A DNA stretch of 64,000 bases from Azolla caroliniana (Eukaryota > Plantae > Polypodiophyta), in assembly GCA_043228905.1 (NCBI GenBank), contig JBHGNT010000016.1, positions 19,142,937 to 19,206,936 of the forward strand, given 5' to 3'. The notes under the pieces were generated by a model. The model ran no database searches. It saw nothing but the letters and a program-made list of their open reading frames with translations, and was not told where the DNA came from. Position 1 is the first letter of the stretch. Each line of letters starts with the position of its first letter. Below are positions 49,583-61,173 of this stretch, piece by piece. The position numbers and the translations under genes were made by a program.

Positions 49583-51738
49583 ACGTACGAATTGGTGGAG
49601 TTACCGAAAGGAAAGCGGGCACTCCGAAACAAGTGGGTGTACAAGTTGAAACCGGGAGATGCCGGTAACCCCCCGAGATACAAAGCCAAGATCGTGGTGA
49701 AGGGGTTCCAGCAGAAGAAGGGCGTGGACTTCGACGAGATATTTGCCCCGGTAGTAAAGATGACCTCCATCCGGACGGTGCTGAGTATAGGGGTAAGCAT
49801 GGACCTTGAGGTAGAGCAGCTGGACGTGAAGAAGACATTCCTTCACGGTGACCTCGAAGAGGAGATCTACATGTAGCAACCGGAGGGATTCGTGGAGAAA
49901 GGGAAGGAGCACCTGGTCTGCCGGTTGAAGAAGAGCCTGTACGGATTGAAGCAGGCTCCCCGACAATGGACGATCAAGGATACCACAAAACCAAGCTGAT
50001 CACTGTGTGTTTGTGAAGAAGTTCGAAGGAAGCGACTTCCTGATACTCCTTCTATACGTGGACGACATGTTGATCGTCGGACGGGACCAAGCCAGAATAC
50101 GGATGCTGAAGAAGGCTCTCAACCAAAATTTCGCAATGAAAGACTTAGGTCCAGCAAGACAGATGTTGGGGATGCATATCATCCGGAACTGGCCAACAAA
50201 GCAATTGTGGCTGTCACAGGAGAAGTACGTTACAAAGGTGCTGTAGCGGTTCAACATGTTAGAAGCGAAACCGGTCGGATCGACACTCTCGGCAAACTGC
50301 AGATTATCCGGTAAGCAAAGCCCTAAGACGAAAGCAGAGAAAGCAGATATGATGAAGGTTCCATATGCCTCTGCCGTCGGGAGCTTAATGTACGCAATGG
50401 TGTGTACACGATCGGATATAGGATACGCAGTCGGAGTGGGGAGCCGGTTTATGAGCAATCCCGGCAAGGAGCACTGGAACGCGGTCAAATGGATACTCCG
50501 GTACTTGAACGGCACTTCGAATATGTGTCTCCGATTCGGCTCCAGTAAACCTCAACTTGATGGTTTTACCGATTTGGACATGTCGGCTGATGTGGATACC
50601 AACAGGTCTACATCCGAGTATTTAATGACATATGCAGGGGGAGCTGTTTCGTGGCAGTCGAGGCTGTAGAAGACGGTTGCGTTGTCAACCACAAAGGCGG
50701 AGTACATGGCGGCTGTGGAAGCCGGCAAGGAAATATTATGGATGAAGGACTTCATCGGAGAGCTCGGTATCTGGCAAAAGGAAGATCGGCTCTATTGCGA
50801 CAGTCAAAGTGCCATCCACCTTGCTAAGAATGTGGCCTACCATTCCCGGACGAAGCATATCCAACGAAGGTATCACTGGATCCGGGAAAGAGTAGATGAC
50901 CAGGAGTTCGCACTAACGAAAATCCACACGGCCGAGAACGGGTCAGATATGCTAACCAAAGTACTGATACCCGACAAGCTGGATGCATGCCGGAAGCGGA
51001 TCGAACTAGTAAGGCATCCCATGCCGGAGTGAAGGGGGAGTTTGTTAGGAAACAGGTCCCTTCGGATGGGAAGTGAGAAACCGGATGTGGAGTACCCGGC
51101 TACGGAAGACCCGGTAAGAGCCGGATGGTGAAGACCCGATGAGAACCGGATGTGATGTACCCAGCAACGGAAGACCCGGTGAGAACCGGATGTGGTGTAC
51201 CCGGCAACGGAAGACCCGGTGAGAACCGGATGAGGAGTACCCGACAAGCGCCGGATGATGCAGGCCCGGTGAGGAGTGCTCACCGGATGAAGGGACATAT
51301 TCGTAAATATGTTTTTGAGAGTCCATTGGGGCTATATTTGTAAATAGCCGAAAAGTCATTTTAGTATAAATATGACTTTGGGCAAACTTAATGGTTGTTG
51401 TTGTCATTCTTGTTGGTGCAAGATTAGAGCGCGTAACTGTGTACAGAAAGAGAGTGAGAGAGAGGAAGAGGTTGTTGCCTCTGTTGTAACCGCCGCTTGT
51501 GGCGAAGACAGTGAACAAGAGGTCGTTGCCTCTGTGTTCATCTATTGTATATTGTTATATAGTGATAGTTAGCAGTCAGTGAACTGCCGTGGTTTTTTCC
51601 CCATGTTTGGTGTTTTCCACATAAACATCCTGTGTACTCTTCTCTCCATTGTGTCGTGCATTCATTCCCGTTTTCTGTGTTTGATTCTAAGCTTGGTTGT
51701 GGCTGAGCGTTGTTCATCGGAGCGTGCAGTTCCTGTCA
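49583..51738 (+). mobile_element. 3' part of copia B: RT-RNase H, PPT 51031-51040, 3' LTR 51043-51738
   Basis: ELVELPKGKRAL, QLDVKKTFLHG, LYVDD, YCDSQSAI; LTR followed by TSD TATGG. Confidence 0.93.
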
Positions 51739-54323
51739 TATGGGATGCCCAAACAGAAGGCGGGCATCTCTAGGCGAAAGGCATTTCGAAATACCTCCTG
51801 TAGAGGCGCTGCAGCGATATTTTGGGCCCTATTCCTACTCCGCCAAGGCCTATAGAACGAAGCAGATCCCGGATCCCTTCTTCCGTGAGGTTGCAAAGTT
51901 CCTGTTAGAGGTCGGTTGCGTACATATCAACGCATATGGGATGCCCAAACAGAAGGCGGGCATCATTTTCGATACCTTTGAGGTGCGTGCGGTCGATTGG
52001 GGGGTCATCATGGGGCCAATGTTAAGGGAAGGCCTGCATGCGTATCAGGCAGGAAAAAAGCTCAGGCCGATCATACAATAGTACCTTACGGTACTATTCC
52101 CACCACGAGGCCTGCCGGCACTGCAGCCCAGCCGACCCCCTCCCCCACCCCGATCCGTGAAGCACAGATTAGCGGAGTTAGCGGCCCCAGAATGTGAAGA
52201 GGAATCCCAACCCGCCCAAGCAGACACACGGACAACACCTCCTGCCCAGCCAGACACACGGACAATGCAGGAATGGTTGGCACGTTCCGTGGAAGCAGCC
52301 CCAACGCCAGACACCGAAACACGGCAGGATAGCCCAGACCGAAACGACGAAGATTAGATAGGAAAGATGGGCAGGGATTGGTCAAAGACGTCCCCACGAC
52401 AGTAGAAACAACGACCAAGGGCGATGGCTCCGCAACTGCGGGGCCCAATACCACCTTCAAAATCATCCGGGAGCCACGACCGATCATTACGACCTAGTCC
52501 CAACGAGGGAAAGCCGTATTGACGGCGGAAAGCGAGGTTTTGGCATATCCAGATATACTGGATACGTCCAATGAGTTCAGCGCCCTCTTACAGTTCGGAA
52601 CCTCCTTTGAGCTCATGGAATTCCTGGCAACACAACAGATAAAAGCCTCCCAACTGAATGGCCGAGGAGCACGCGTAGCGCTAGATGATCGAGCGCGCCC
52701 GAACACAAATGGCGGAGAGGGAGGAACGCCGGGGTACGCCGAGTGGGTATGGAGATACCCCCACTAAACACGACCCTAGTTGAAGTCCATAGGGAACTGG
52801 CAAACGTCAGCATGGGCTCCAAGGAGATGACCATTAAAAATAAGAATGTCTGGAAGAAGGTGAAAATGACCCAAGCCGAGTTGCAAAAATCCAACAAACG
52901 CATCGCGGAGTTGGAAGCTAACGCGACTACGGCGCAACACGCAACTCCGCCACCAAACCACGCCATCGACGCTTTGAAGGAAGAAATTGAGGCTCATACC
53001 GCCATTGCCTCAAAAGCGAAAAGGGTCGTGCAGTTAGTAGAATCAGAAATTGACCGCCTTCGAGCTAAACTGCGCCAATCCTCAGACAGAGAAAAGGAGA
53101 TCCGAGCTAACGGTCGGAAGGCAGTAAAAACCCTTGAAGAGAAACTCACTACGGAGGTATCTCAGCACATCCGGACAAAAGACGAAAACGCCCACTTATG
53201 GGATGAGGCGAAGAAATCGAAGTTAGCAATCGCGGGACTCCGGGCCTTATTAGAGAAAAAGAAGGTGTGGTTCGACGAGCATCTAGTGGTCAAACAGGAA
53301 AGAAGGCATCAGCTCGAAATCCGCCTAAACAATGAAATGGGGAAATTAGAAGAACAACACGCAAAGGAATCCCAGCTATGGGTGGGCCTGAAGTCCACAT
53401 ACGAAGAAGCGGCGGCGGTTAGGTAGCAAGAAATTGCAAACCTTCAGAAGTCAATGGAAGACGCACGCAACCATTGCCAGGCCATCATAGACAACGTGTG
53501 TATCCTTCTCCAAACAAATCAGGAGCGGTTCACAACGCAATTGAAAACGACGTTGGACAAAGGATAGATGGCGTGGGCAACCCAAGCAGCGGAATTGCAC
53601 GCGTATCGTGCGGACGGGGAGAACCGACAAAAAGACAGCCGAGGTTTCTATAAACTAAATGAGGAGAGCATTGCGGTTGTACGTGAGGACCTAGCGCAAG
53701 ACTATCGTGCGCTAGCGGACCAACATTCTGAAGAACTCGCGTAGCTCTTAGATGATTTTGGTGAAAGCTAGGAGGAGCTATTTCACTAGATCACACAAAC
53801 CGGCAACACACGAACATATGAGGAATCCAGCACGACGCCAATTCCGAGCACCACCGAAGAAGAGGAACCTCAGGCCGGATCACCAGAAAATACGATGACC
53901 GTGAACAACGTGGACCGACGAACGGATTCCCGCACAATACCAGACAACGAAACCACTGCCCAAGAGGAGCTCCATCCGCAGGAGCTCGCGCTATCATTGG
54001 ACCACACGGAGAACAGTGCGGGCCAAGCGGAATCGCAGCCCCACTCCCCGGAACGTACAAAGACGACCGACACCATGGAGGAAGTAACGATTGAGACAGA
54101 GCCACGGTTGACCGCAAGCACGACGACGGCGGAGCCCAATCCGCTAGCTCAAGAAGAACCCACCAAACCCGGATCGCCCACACACGACGACTGCGACACC
54201 GGGAGAAACCATGCCGACCAAACAGGGGAGTTGCACCACGATTCACCTACGGGCCCTACGTCGCCTTCGGACGTGGACACCGGAGCAAAGCCAAACATTC
54301 GAGCCATTTTGGAAGAAGATTAA
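51739..54323 (+). pseudogene. Continuation of the gypsy Z extra ORF (globular N-part, Pro-rich linker, coiled coil, acidic tail)
   Basis: HINAYG|MPKQKAG joins 27495(-) across copia B; heptad-rich ORF 52743-53426. Confidence 0.75.
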
Positions 54324-54350
54324 CGGGATGGGTCCGACGTGCCAGGGCAC

Positions 54351-54808
54351 TGTCCCACAGGCGTGCCAAGTGTTGTCCGCCGGAAGAGTAATCGATGGAG
54401 AAGAGCGTAGGAATAAGAAATAATATAAGATCATAACGCATGTAACGGTTCACGTAGGAAGCATGAACGACTAAATAGTCCCTGCGTATATAAAGGGCAG
54501 AAAACCTCTGATAGAGGGAGCGTGTAATTTAGGAATTGTAAAGAAGCGTATCGTGATAGAATTCTATCTTCTTTGAAAATTTGTGTATAGCTACGGCTAA
54601 TCTACTGTGTGTCTGGAATACCTGAGCGTGTAAGAACGTAAGTGTAACCATTGCTAAGGAGTCGGTTGTAGCCGTCTCCCTTATACACTGATAGGTTATA
54701 GGGAACATTCCCCTACGCATTATGCATAGACTCCTATTCGTTGTTCCACAACCACTTGAAGGTCTAGGTTGAAGGACTAACCGCAGACCGTGTTCCTAAT
54801 CGGTAACA
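54351..54808 (+). repeat. Probable 3' LTR of gypsy Z
   Basis: TGT...AACA ends, TATATAAAGG near 54487, follows the extra ORF; no partner LTR and only a weak PPT. Confidence 0.5.
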
Positions 54809-55252
54809 AAGTGGGAAAATATATGTCAGTTGGGTCTTGAGGTTTAGCTTGCAATCAAATTTAACGTAACTAAGCAATTACTAACCCTAGCTAGCATTTT
54901 GTTTCATTCCCTTCATTAAAAGGTTTTGCTTGAGGTGGAACTAATGGACCTGAATTGTATATTTAAATGTCTCTTCGACTATTCTCCAATAAAATTAGGT
55001 TTTTTGAGAATTTTTCTAGGTCTAGTGAACGTAATGTATCTTAAATGTACAAAGATATGGTTATTTATGATGTAATAAGTCTTCATTATTGGGTATTTAC
55101 ACGTATTTTATGAGACTTCATGACATATTTCCTAATTGTTTAATGGTCCTAATTGTTTCAAAATTAAGCTAATTTTGTTAAAATTTCTCTAGTTGTCATA
55201 TAAAATCGTGTTTGGATAAGGATATTGTTGGAAATTTTCTTATTTAGACAGG

Positions 55253-55707
55253 AACTCGATACGCTGTATAGAGTTTGTGTTTACAATAAACCTTTTTCAA
55301 CACCAACTTGATATGAAGTATCGAGGCTGTTATTAAAACCTATACTTAAACGCAAAATCGATGTGATGTATTGAGTTTGTATCTATTCTTGTATCGAGTT
55401 TGTGTTTACAATAGTCCTTTTAAATGCCAACTCGATATACCGTATCGAGTTGGCGTTTAAAAGGTCTATTGTGAACACAAACTTGATACGCCGTATCGAG
55501 TTGGTGGTTAAAAGGTCTATTGTGAACACAAACTCGATACGGTGTATCGAAGTGGCGTTTAAAGTCTTTATGTGAATTGGACCTCGATACGGCGTATCGA
55601 GTTCCTATTCAAACATATATTTCTTCAAGAGGAACTTGATACAACATATCGAGTTTGTGTTTAAAAGGGGGGCTTTTAAACAGAACTTCTATATGCTGCA
55701 TCGAGTT
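55253..55707. repeat. Array of about 9 palindromic 23-bp repeats (AACTCGATAC-N3-GTATCGAGTT) at ~51-bp period
   Basis: Copies at 55253, 55305, 55355, 55429, 55480, 55531, 55581, 55633, 55684 plus a half copy at 55391; spacers 27-29 bp. Confidence 0.9.
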
Positions 55708-55788
55708 CCTGTATGAATCAGGACTTGTGAATGTTCCTTAAAGGTTAGAAAGGATTGAAATTAGAAATGTCCGTATAGTTAGTATCTT

Positions 55789-55950
55789 ACCTGGAGTCGA
55801 TGTGCTCAATCTTCTTCAACGACATGATTTTCGGGCTTGCTTGTGACCGGGATTTGGTTGTGTGCTCCTGTGTTGGTGATGCTCTGTGTGCTCTGAATCT
55901 CGATTGCGCGTGTGAGATCCGGAAAATGAGGAGGTCCACCTATTTATAGG
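55789..55950 (-). promoter_or_regulatory. Putative Pol II promoter, 5' UTR and first coding exon (MSLKKIEHIDS) with splice donor
   Basis: CCTATAAATA at 55950-55941, CA-rich leader, AAAATCATG at 55825, CAG|GTAAGA donor at 55790. Confidence 0.6.
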
Positions 55951-56369
55951 GCTTTAAAACCGTGGTTAAAGTAACTATAGTTACCTCAATCATAGTTGGG
56001 TTACATCCAACTTAGTTCCCCCATGTTAGTTAGTTGTTAGTACCCTTTGGCTAGTACAAAGTTGGGTCCTGAGGTAGGTACTGCATGTGAGTTATAGGTT
56101 ACTTAAATTTTAGTCAGTTAGGTACTCTATGGTATTTATAGTTATAGTTATAGGTACGTATGCCCTTAGCCATTATTGGTGGTAATAGTTGTGTCCCAAT
56201 TGTATTTATGGCACGAAATCATAGGTCACCAATGATTGCACATTATAGATTGTATTGTTTCTTCTATGTTGGATTATAAACACGAGTGAATTAAATAAAG
56301 GAAAATTTTAATATACTTTCCTCTTTCCCACATGGGGATTAGGAATTGTATTCACACGTGAGGAATGGT

Positions 56370-56610
56370 ACTTTTAAATGTTTATGATCTTCATTAATGA
56401 ACCAATGATTGAGATGAAACCTACATATTTATGACTCTCTAATGATTATGAATATATAGTATATGTATATGAAGATTATATATTTTTAATATAATACACA
56501 TTTTAGCACTTTTAAATTATTGTGATCTTCATTAATGAACAAATTATTTAGATTACACGTACATATTTATGACTCTCTAATGATTTTGAATATATAGACT
56601 ATATATATAC
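56370..56610. repeat. ~139-bp direct duplication in the AT-rich region upstream of the transposase
   Basis: TGATCTTCATTAATGAAC...TACATATTTATGACTCTCTAATGATT occurs twice. Confidence 0.75.
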
Positions 56611-56908
56611 CATAAAATATATTTTGATTATAGACCATATGAAAAATATTGTATAAAATAAATTTTATGTATATATTAATATATTTTGAATATAGACTAT
56701 ATGAATTAGGCCAGTGAAATGAATAAAAAATATTTTATATAATAATAATATCTTTCTTTATTGGATTATTTGTTTATTTTATATAATAATAAATTTTATG
56801 GACATTAGATTGAGGGAGCTTATGTATATAGAGGCACTTATCATTCATTTCAATCTCTTATAGTAGCTTAAGCCCATAATTTTGAGATCTATGTTTGGAT
56901 CTTAAGCC

Positions 56909-59900
56909 ATGAGTAAAAACTCACCCTTTTCAGTGACTCACTGTTTGTCAACCGACTGACCGTTTTCGATTGAAGAGTATCGTCTGTCGACAGATACATC
57001 ATTTTCTATCAAAGAATATTGTTGGAGCTCATCTTCTCCTATACCTCATGTGAATAACGACTCATGTGAAGAGTTCTCTGTTGAAGAATATGACGTCAAT
57101 AAAGATACAGAAAATGACAGTAATGCCAATCAAACATCGAAGATCATGGGGAGTCAACCTTAAAACAACATAATTGACTCTAATGTGGTTACCCCTATTT
57201 CTAGTGAAGAAAAGAAATCAGGAAGGCGTATGCATATTAGAAGAATCCCACGTAGAATTTGTTTGGCAAGATTTAACTTGGTGACATCAGATAAGCAACT
57301 TGGATTTGATGTCAACCAAACATGTTGTGCTCGTGGCTGTATGTCAATGATTGGAAAAGCAAAGTTCTGAGAATGAAGGCGTTACTATTTTTTGATGACT
57401 GGTGATGAGCAAGACACTTACCTCGGCTCACATATACAATTGGTGTCTGACAACTCTTCGGCGATCAAAGTATCATTTGAATATTATACCTTTCATGCGC
57501 AACAAATATGTAGAGTGGCATTCAAAATTGCGTTATATGTTAGTAACATGCGGCTACATAGAGTATAACAACGTCTTCTTAGTGGGGATAACATTGTCAA
57601 TTGTAAAGAGGTTCCAAGTATGAAAGGTGCAATTGGAAGACATGTTATTGGTTGGATGAAAATTTACTTGAAGTTAAATTGTGAAGTAATGCCCACTATA
57701 GGCAGGATGCACATCTCTGATAATTACACATGTCGGGAAGTTTATGATGTCTATCGATCAAAAATGCTATTATCAAATGATAAATACCTCACACACAACC
57801 AATTCACAAGATTGTGGAGACCATGGTTTTCAAATGTTATTATTCTGTGTAAAGTATGCATGGGGTATTGCTCGATTTGAGCGAACCTTAAAAGTTTGGC
57901 TAAAGGTGCGAAGTCAACAATGGAAAAGGAAATGAGTAAGAAGTTACTATAGGAACATCGTGAAGCACAATCGTTAGAACGAAAGAAGGGGATGCATCAT
58001 AGAGAGAAATGTTTGAGGGGCTTGAACAATACATGTGCTTAATGATCGATGGCATGGACCAGAAGAAGACGTGCTTACCTCAGATGCGGAGGCTCCCCAA
58101 ACACATCAATGATGAGTGCCTTGTTCAAATCCACTTGGTGGGATGCTTGGCTTATAATAGGTCAGTTAGACCTCACGTCTTCATTACATACCCCAATGTT
58201 CACAATGACCCTAACCTAATAGTTACAGTGATTCACTGAGTTTTGATGTCTTGGGGCCAACCATTGTGAGGATTTTTGGCCATGGTGAGAAAACCCGAGC
58301 GGGAGGAATAAAACAAGATGTGCAGCATTGCATGTGAACTTAGGAAAATTGTAACATAGGAATAATCGACAAATGTAAGGAGGAAAAGTAAGATGTAAAG
58401 GTATAAAGGTGATGTGTACTTTGTAGACTAGAGGGAGGCACATGAAGTATGGGTGTAGGGAGTAGTGGGCATTGAGTATGTCGGTGAGAGGAGAGGGAGT
58501 TAAGACCCATCAATCTCACCTCCTAAGATCAAGGTCAAATACTCTCATTTGAAAGTTGGGGGATTTTACCACTCCTTTTTGTAATGTGCCTCACCCCTTA
58601 TTACTATAAAAGGGAGTGAGGGGTCACGTTTGAGGGGCTTCCACTTTTTGGTTTTCTTTAGGTTGCCATTAGGGTTTTGGAATTTTGGGTTTTAGGATCT
58701 CGTTTTAGGGGTTTCATTCGTCTTCTTCGTCTTCTTCTTTTCCCCTCTCCGGTTAGGGTTTCATCTAGAGGGTTTACATTTGGCCTACGTGGCCATGGTT
58801 GTAATTAGTGTGGTGCTTTCCATAATGTATCTTGTCTTGTTTAGATCTTATTCTCTTGAATCTTAATCTTTCTCTTCCTTCTCGGTTGAACTCCCAAGCT
58901 TCTCTCCCTCCTCTTACTCCCTAGTCCAAGACCCCCTATGGTCCCGTCCTATCCGACACGCATGTGTGGATTTTCGCGACACCATCCCCCCCTGTTCTCT
59001 ACATTCAATTGGACAATACTGCTAGAGAGAACAAAAATTCAATTGTGTTTGGCTATCTAAGTATGTTGGTCAACCAAGGATTGTTTAGAAAAGTGAAAGT
59101 CAATTTTCTTTTGGGTGGCCACACACATGATCATATAGATCAAATGTTTAGTACATTCTCTAGACAGTTGTCTCAGCATGGTGCTTTCACATTACCGAAA
59201 CTATTTGATGTCATTTGTGATGCATACACACCACGCCCAAAAGTGTTACACTTGAAAGAGGTATAAGACTTTAAGAGATATATATCAGATGGGGGTGATG
59301 GAAATGTGAAAGTGCTCGCCCACTTAAACAATATAAGCTTCAATCACATTTTTTTGATAAAGAAAAATGATATAAGTGGTTCTATGCTTTTGTATGCCAA
59401 GCAATATTCATCTTCTACAAAATGGGAACCTGAAGGCGGTTTGCCAGTTCTTACTTTGTATGCCGAGTACAATAGTCTATGGAGCAAAACAAATGCCAAT
59501 TGAGATGAAAGGAAAGTTAAATAGTGACTTGGTAGAAGATAAAAAACACTTATGGATTCAAGCCTTAACAGAAAAAAGGAAGCATACTGAGGCCGCAAAG
59601 AAATATGCTGCACAACAAGACACGTCATGGTGGGATCTGTTTTATGGTGATAAGAAAGGAATTATTGACAATTGTGTATCTGGTGATAATTGGACTTTGG
59701 AAATGTCATTCACATGGTCATTACAACATGATCATGTAAATAAGTCTCCAGAGCAAGCAACTAATGCGATTAATGATAGTTTGGTCCATCCACAACAAAA
59801 AGACATTTATGTGGGACCATGGATGACCAAAGCAGTTGAAGCTAGATGGCAAGGAAATTTGCAAGAGCTCACGGTGGGGATGTTGATTGCAACACCTGCT

Positions 59901-60375
59901 AATGGCAACGAACAAGGCCACCAATTTTGGATTGGTAAAATTCTAGAAGTGCTAATGCATGAAATAGAAAACACGATCAAGTCTATAAAAGTGCATTGGT
60001 ACAACACTAGAAGTCAAAATGCTTTTACGGGTAAGTATACCTTGTAGATGATGGAATGCCTGATGAGAAGGGGAAGTAGAAAGAGGAAGTGAAACATTCG
60101 TAACACCTACCCTTGATATCTCTGATGTGGATATCATCGTGTACGACTTCATGCTTACAAAAGCTAGACGTTTAAGGAAGTCAACAATAGATATAATAAA
60201 AGAAAAATTACCAAGTCTACAAGGTGGCTTGAGTCGAAGGCAAACGAGATCTGCTTCACTTAATCTAGAGTCACACCATTTGGTTTATGATAAAGATAAT
60301 GCATTGATTGGTACATCCAAGAATGACGAGGAGGAACCCGCATTGTATTTTAGTTATAGTAGTGATTCTCCGTAA
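56909..60375 (+). pseudogene. DDD transposase, Sola/DUF7869-like, with stops and frameshifts, split by a solo LTR
   Basis: CC..C and QICRVAF N-terminal motifs, LMIDGMDQKKT.LP, LYIQLDNTARENKN, FLLGGHTHDHIDQMFS; frame WGQPS|PPVLY restored when the LTR is removed. Confidence 0.8.
58265..58981 (+). mobile_element. Gypsy solo LTR with 4-bp TSD CCAT
   Basis: TGTG...CGACA, flanked by CCAT at 58261-58264 and 58982-58985; U5 CTAGTCCAAGACC shared with the X/Y LTRs. Confidence 0.9.
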
Positions 60376-60840
60376 AGGAGTGATCATGAATGTAGTTTTG
60401 GCTATTAAGTGTAACTACCTTCCGCTTGTAACAAATCAAGTAATATAAAACCATGTGTTTTGAATTCTTTCGATTCCTATGAATATCATTTCTTATAAAA
60501 AAACATTGGTTGCAAAGTTTGTGATATAAATTGAGAATGTAACTTTTTGAAATTTCACTTTATTTATTTATTTTTAAATCACAAAAATGGTGGATTTTTA
60601 ACCTTTTTCATAGCATATTTGAGAATGTATGATACTGATATCAATGTGTTTTGTATTATCACTGAAAAAGTACTAAAATCAAGTGGAATATTCCTTATCC
60701 TTCCATTTTTGCGCGATCCTTCCACTTGTGAACGCGAACGTGTTTCAACATGAAATCGACTAAATCTGCTTCAACCCCACTTCCCATTAGCCTTTGGTTG
60801 TCTTAGGGAGACTGCCCAACATTTGGTTCGGAGGGAGAAA

Positions 60841-61173
60841 TGTTGAGCGACAAGCTCAACCGGATCCGGATCGGCTGAATAAGCCTGAGCCGGATCGGCA
60901 CCCAGAAGAATGAGCCGGATCGGTGAGCCGGTGAGTAAGTGAGCAGGTTAGCTTAATCAAGCAGTAACCGGAAGCCAAGTAGCAGCTAGTCTACTAGGGA
61001 ATTAATATCTCGTAGTTAGTGTCAGACGCTCGTGTGAGCATTGAAGTACAATGTACTTCTGTTAGTCCGTATGGACTTGTATAAAAGTGTTCGCTGAACA
61101 CATACGATGTACAAAATGAGTAGTATTTTTGAATTAAGTTTTTGTGTGCTCTCTCTCTGTGTGTCTCTCCCGC
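60841..61173 (+). repeat. Bryco-like LTR fragment interrupted by gypsy V
   Basis: TGTTGAGCGACAAGCTCAAC start; aligns with the reverse complement of LTR 9355-9796. Confidence 0.85.

Noticed and set aside
55253-55707. CRISPR array
   Set aside because: Several spacers are copies or reverse complements of each other, the repeats are degenerate, there are no cas genes and the context is eukaryotic.
58480-58555. Third tRNA-like cassette in the solo LTR
   Set aside because: Too degenerate to call by eye; the B-box match is poor.
58640-58780. Interstitial telomeric repeat
   Set aside because: Only scattered TAGGGTTT motifs inside an LTR, not a tandem array.
60376-60840. Terminal inverted repeat of the DNA transposon
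   Set aside because: No matching partner end could be found in the window.
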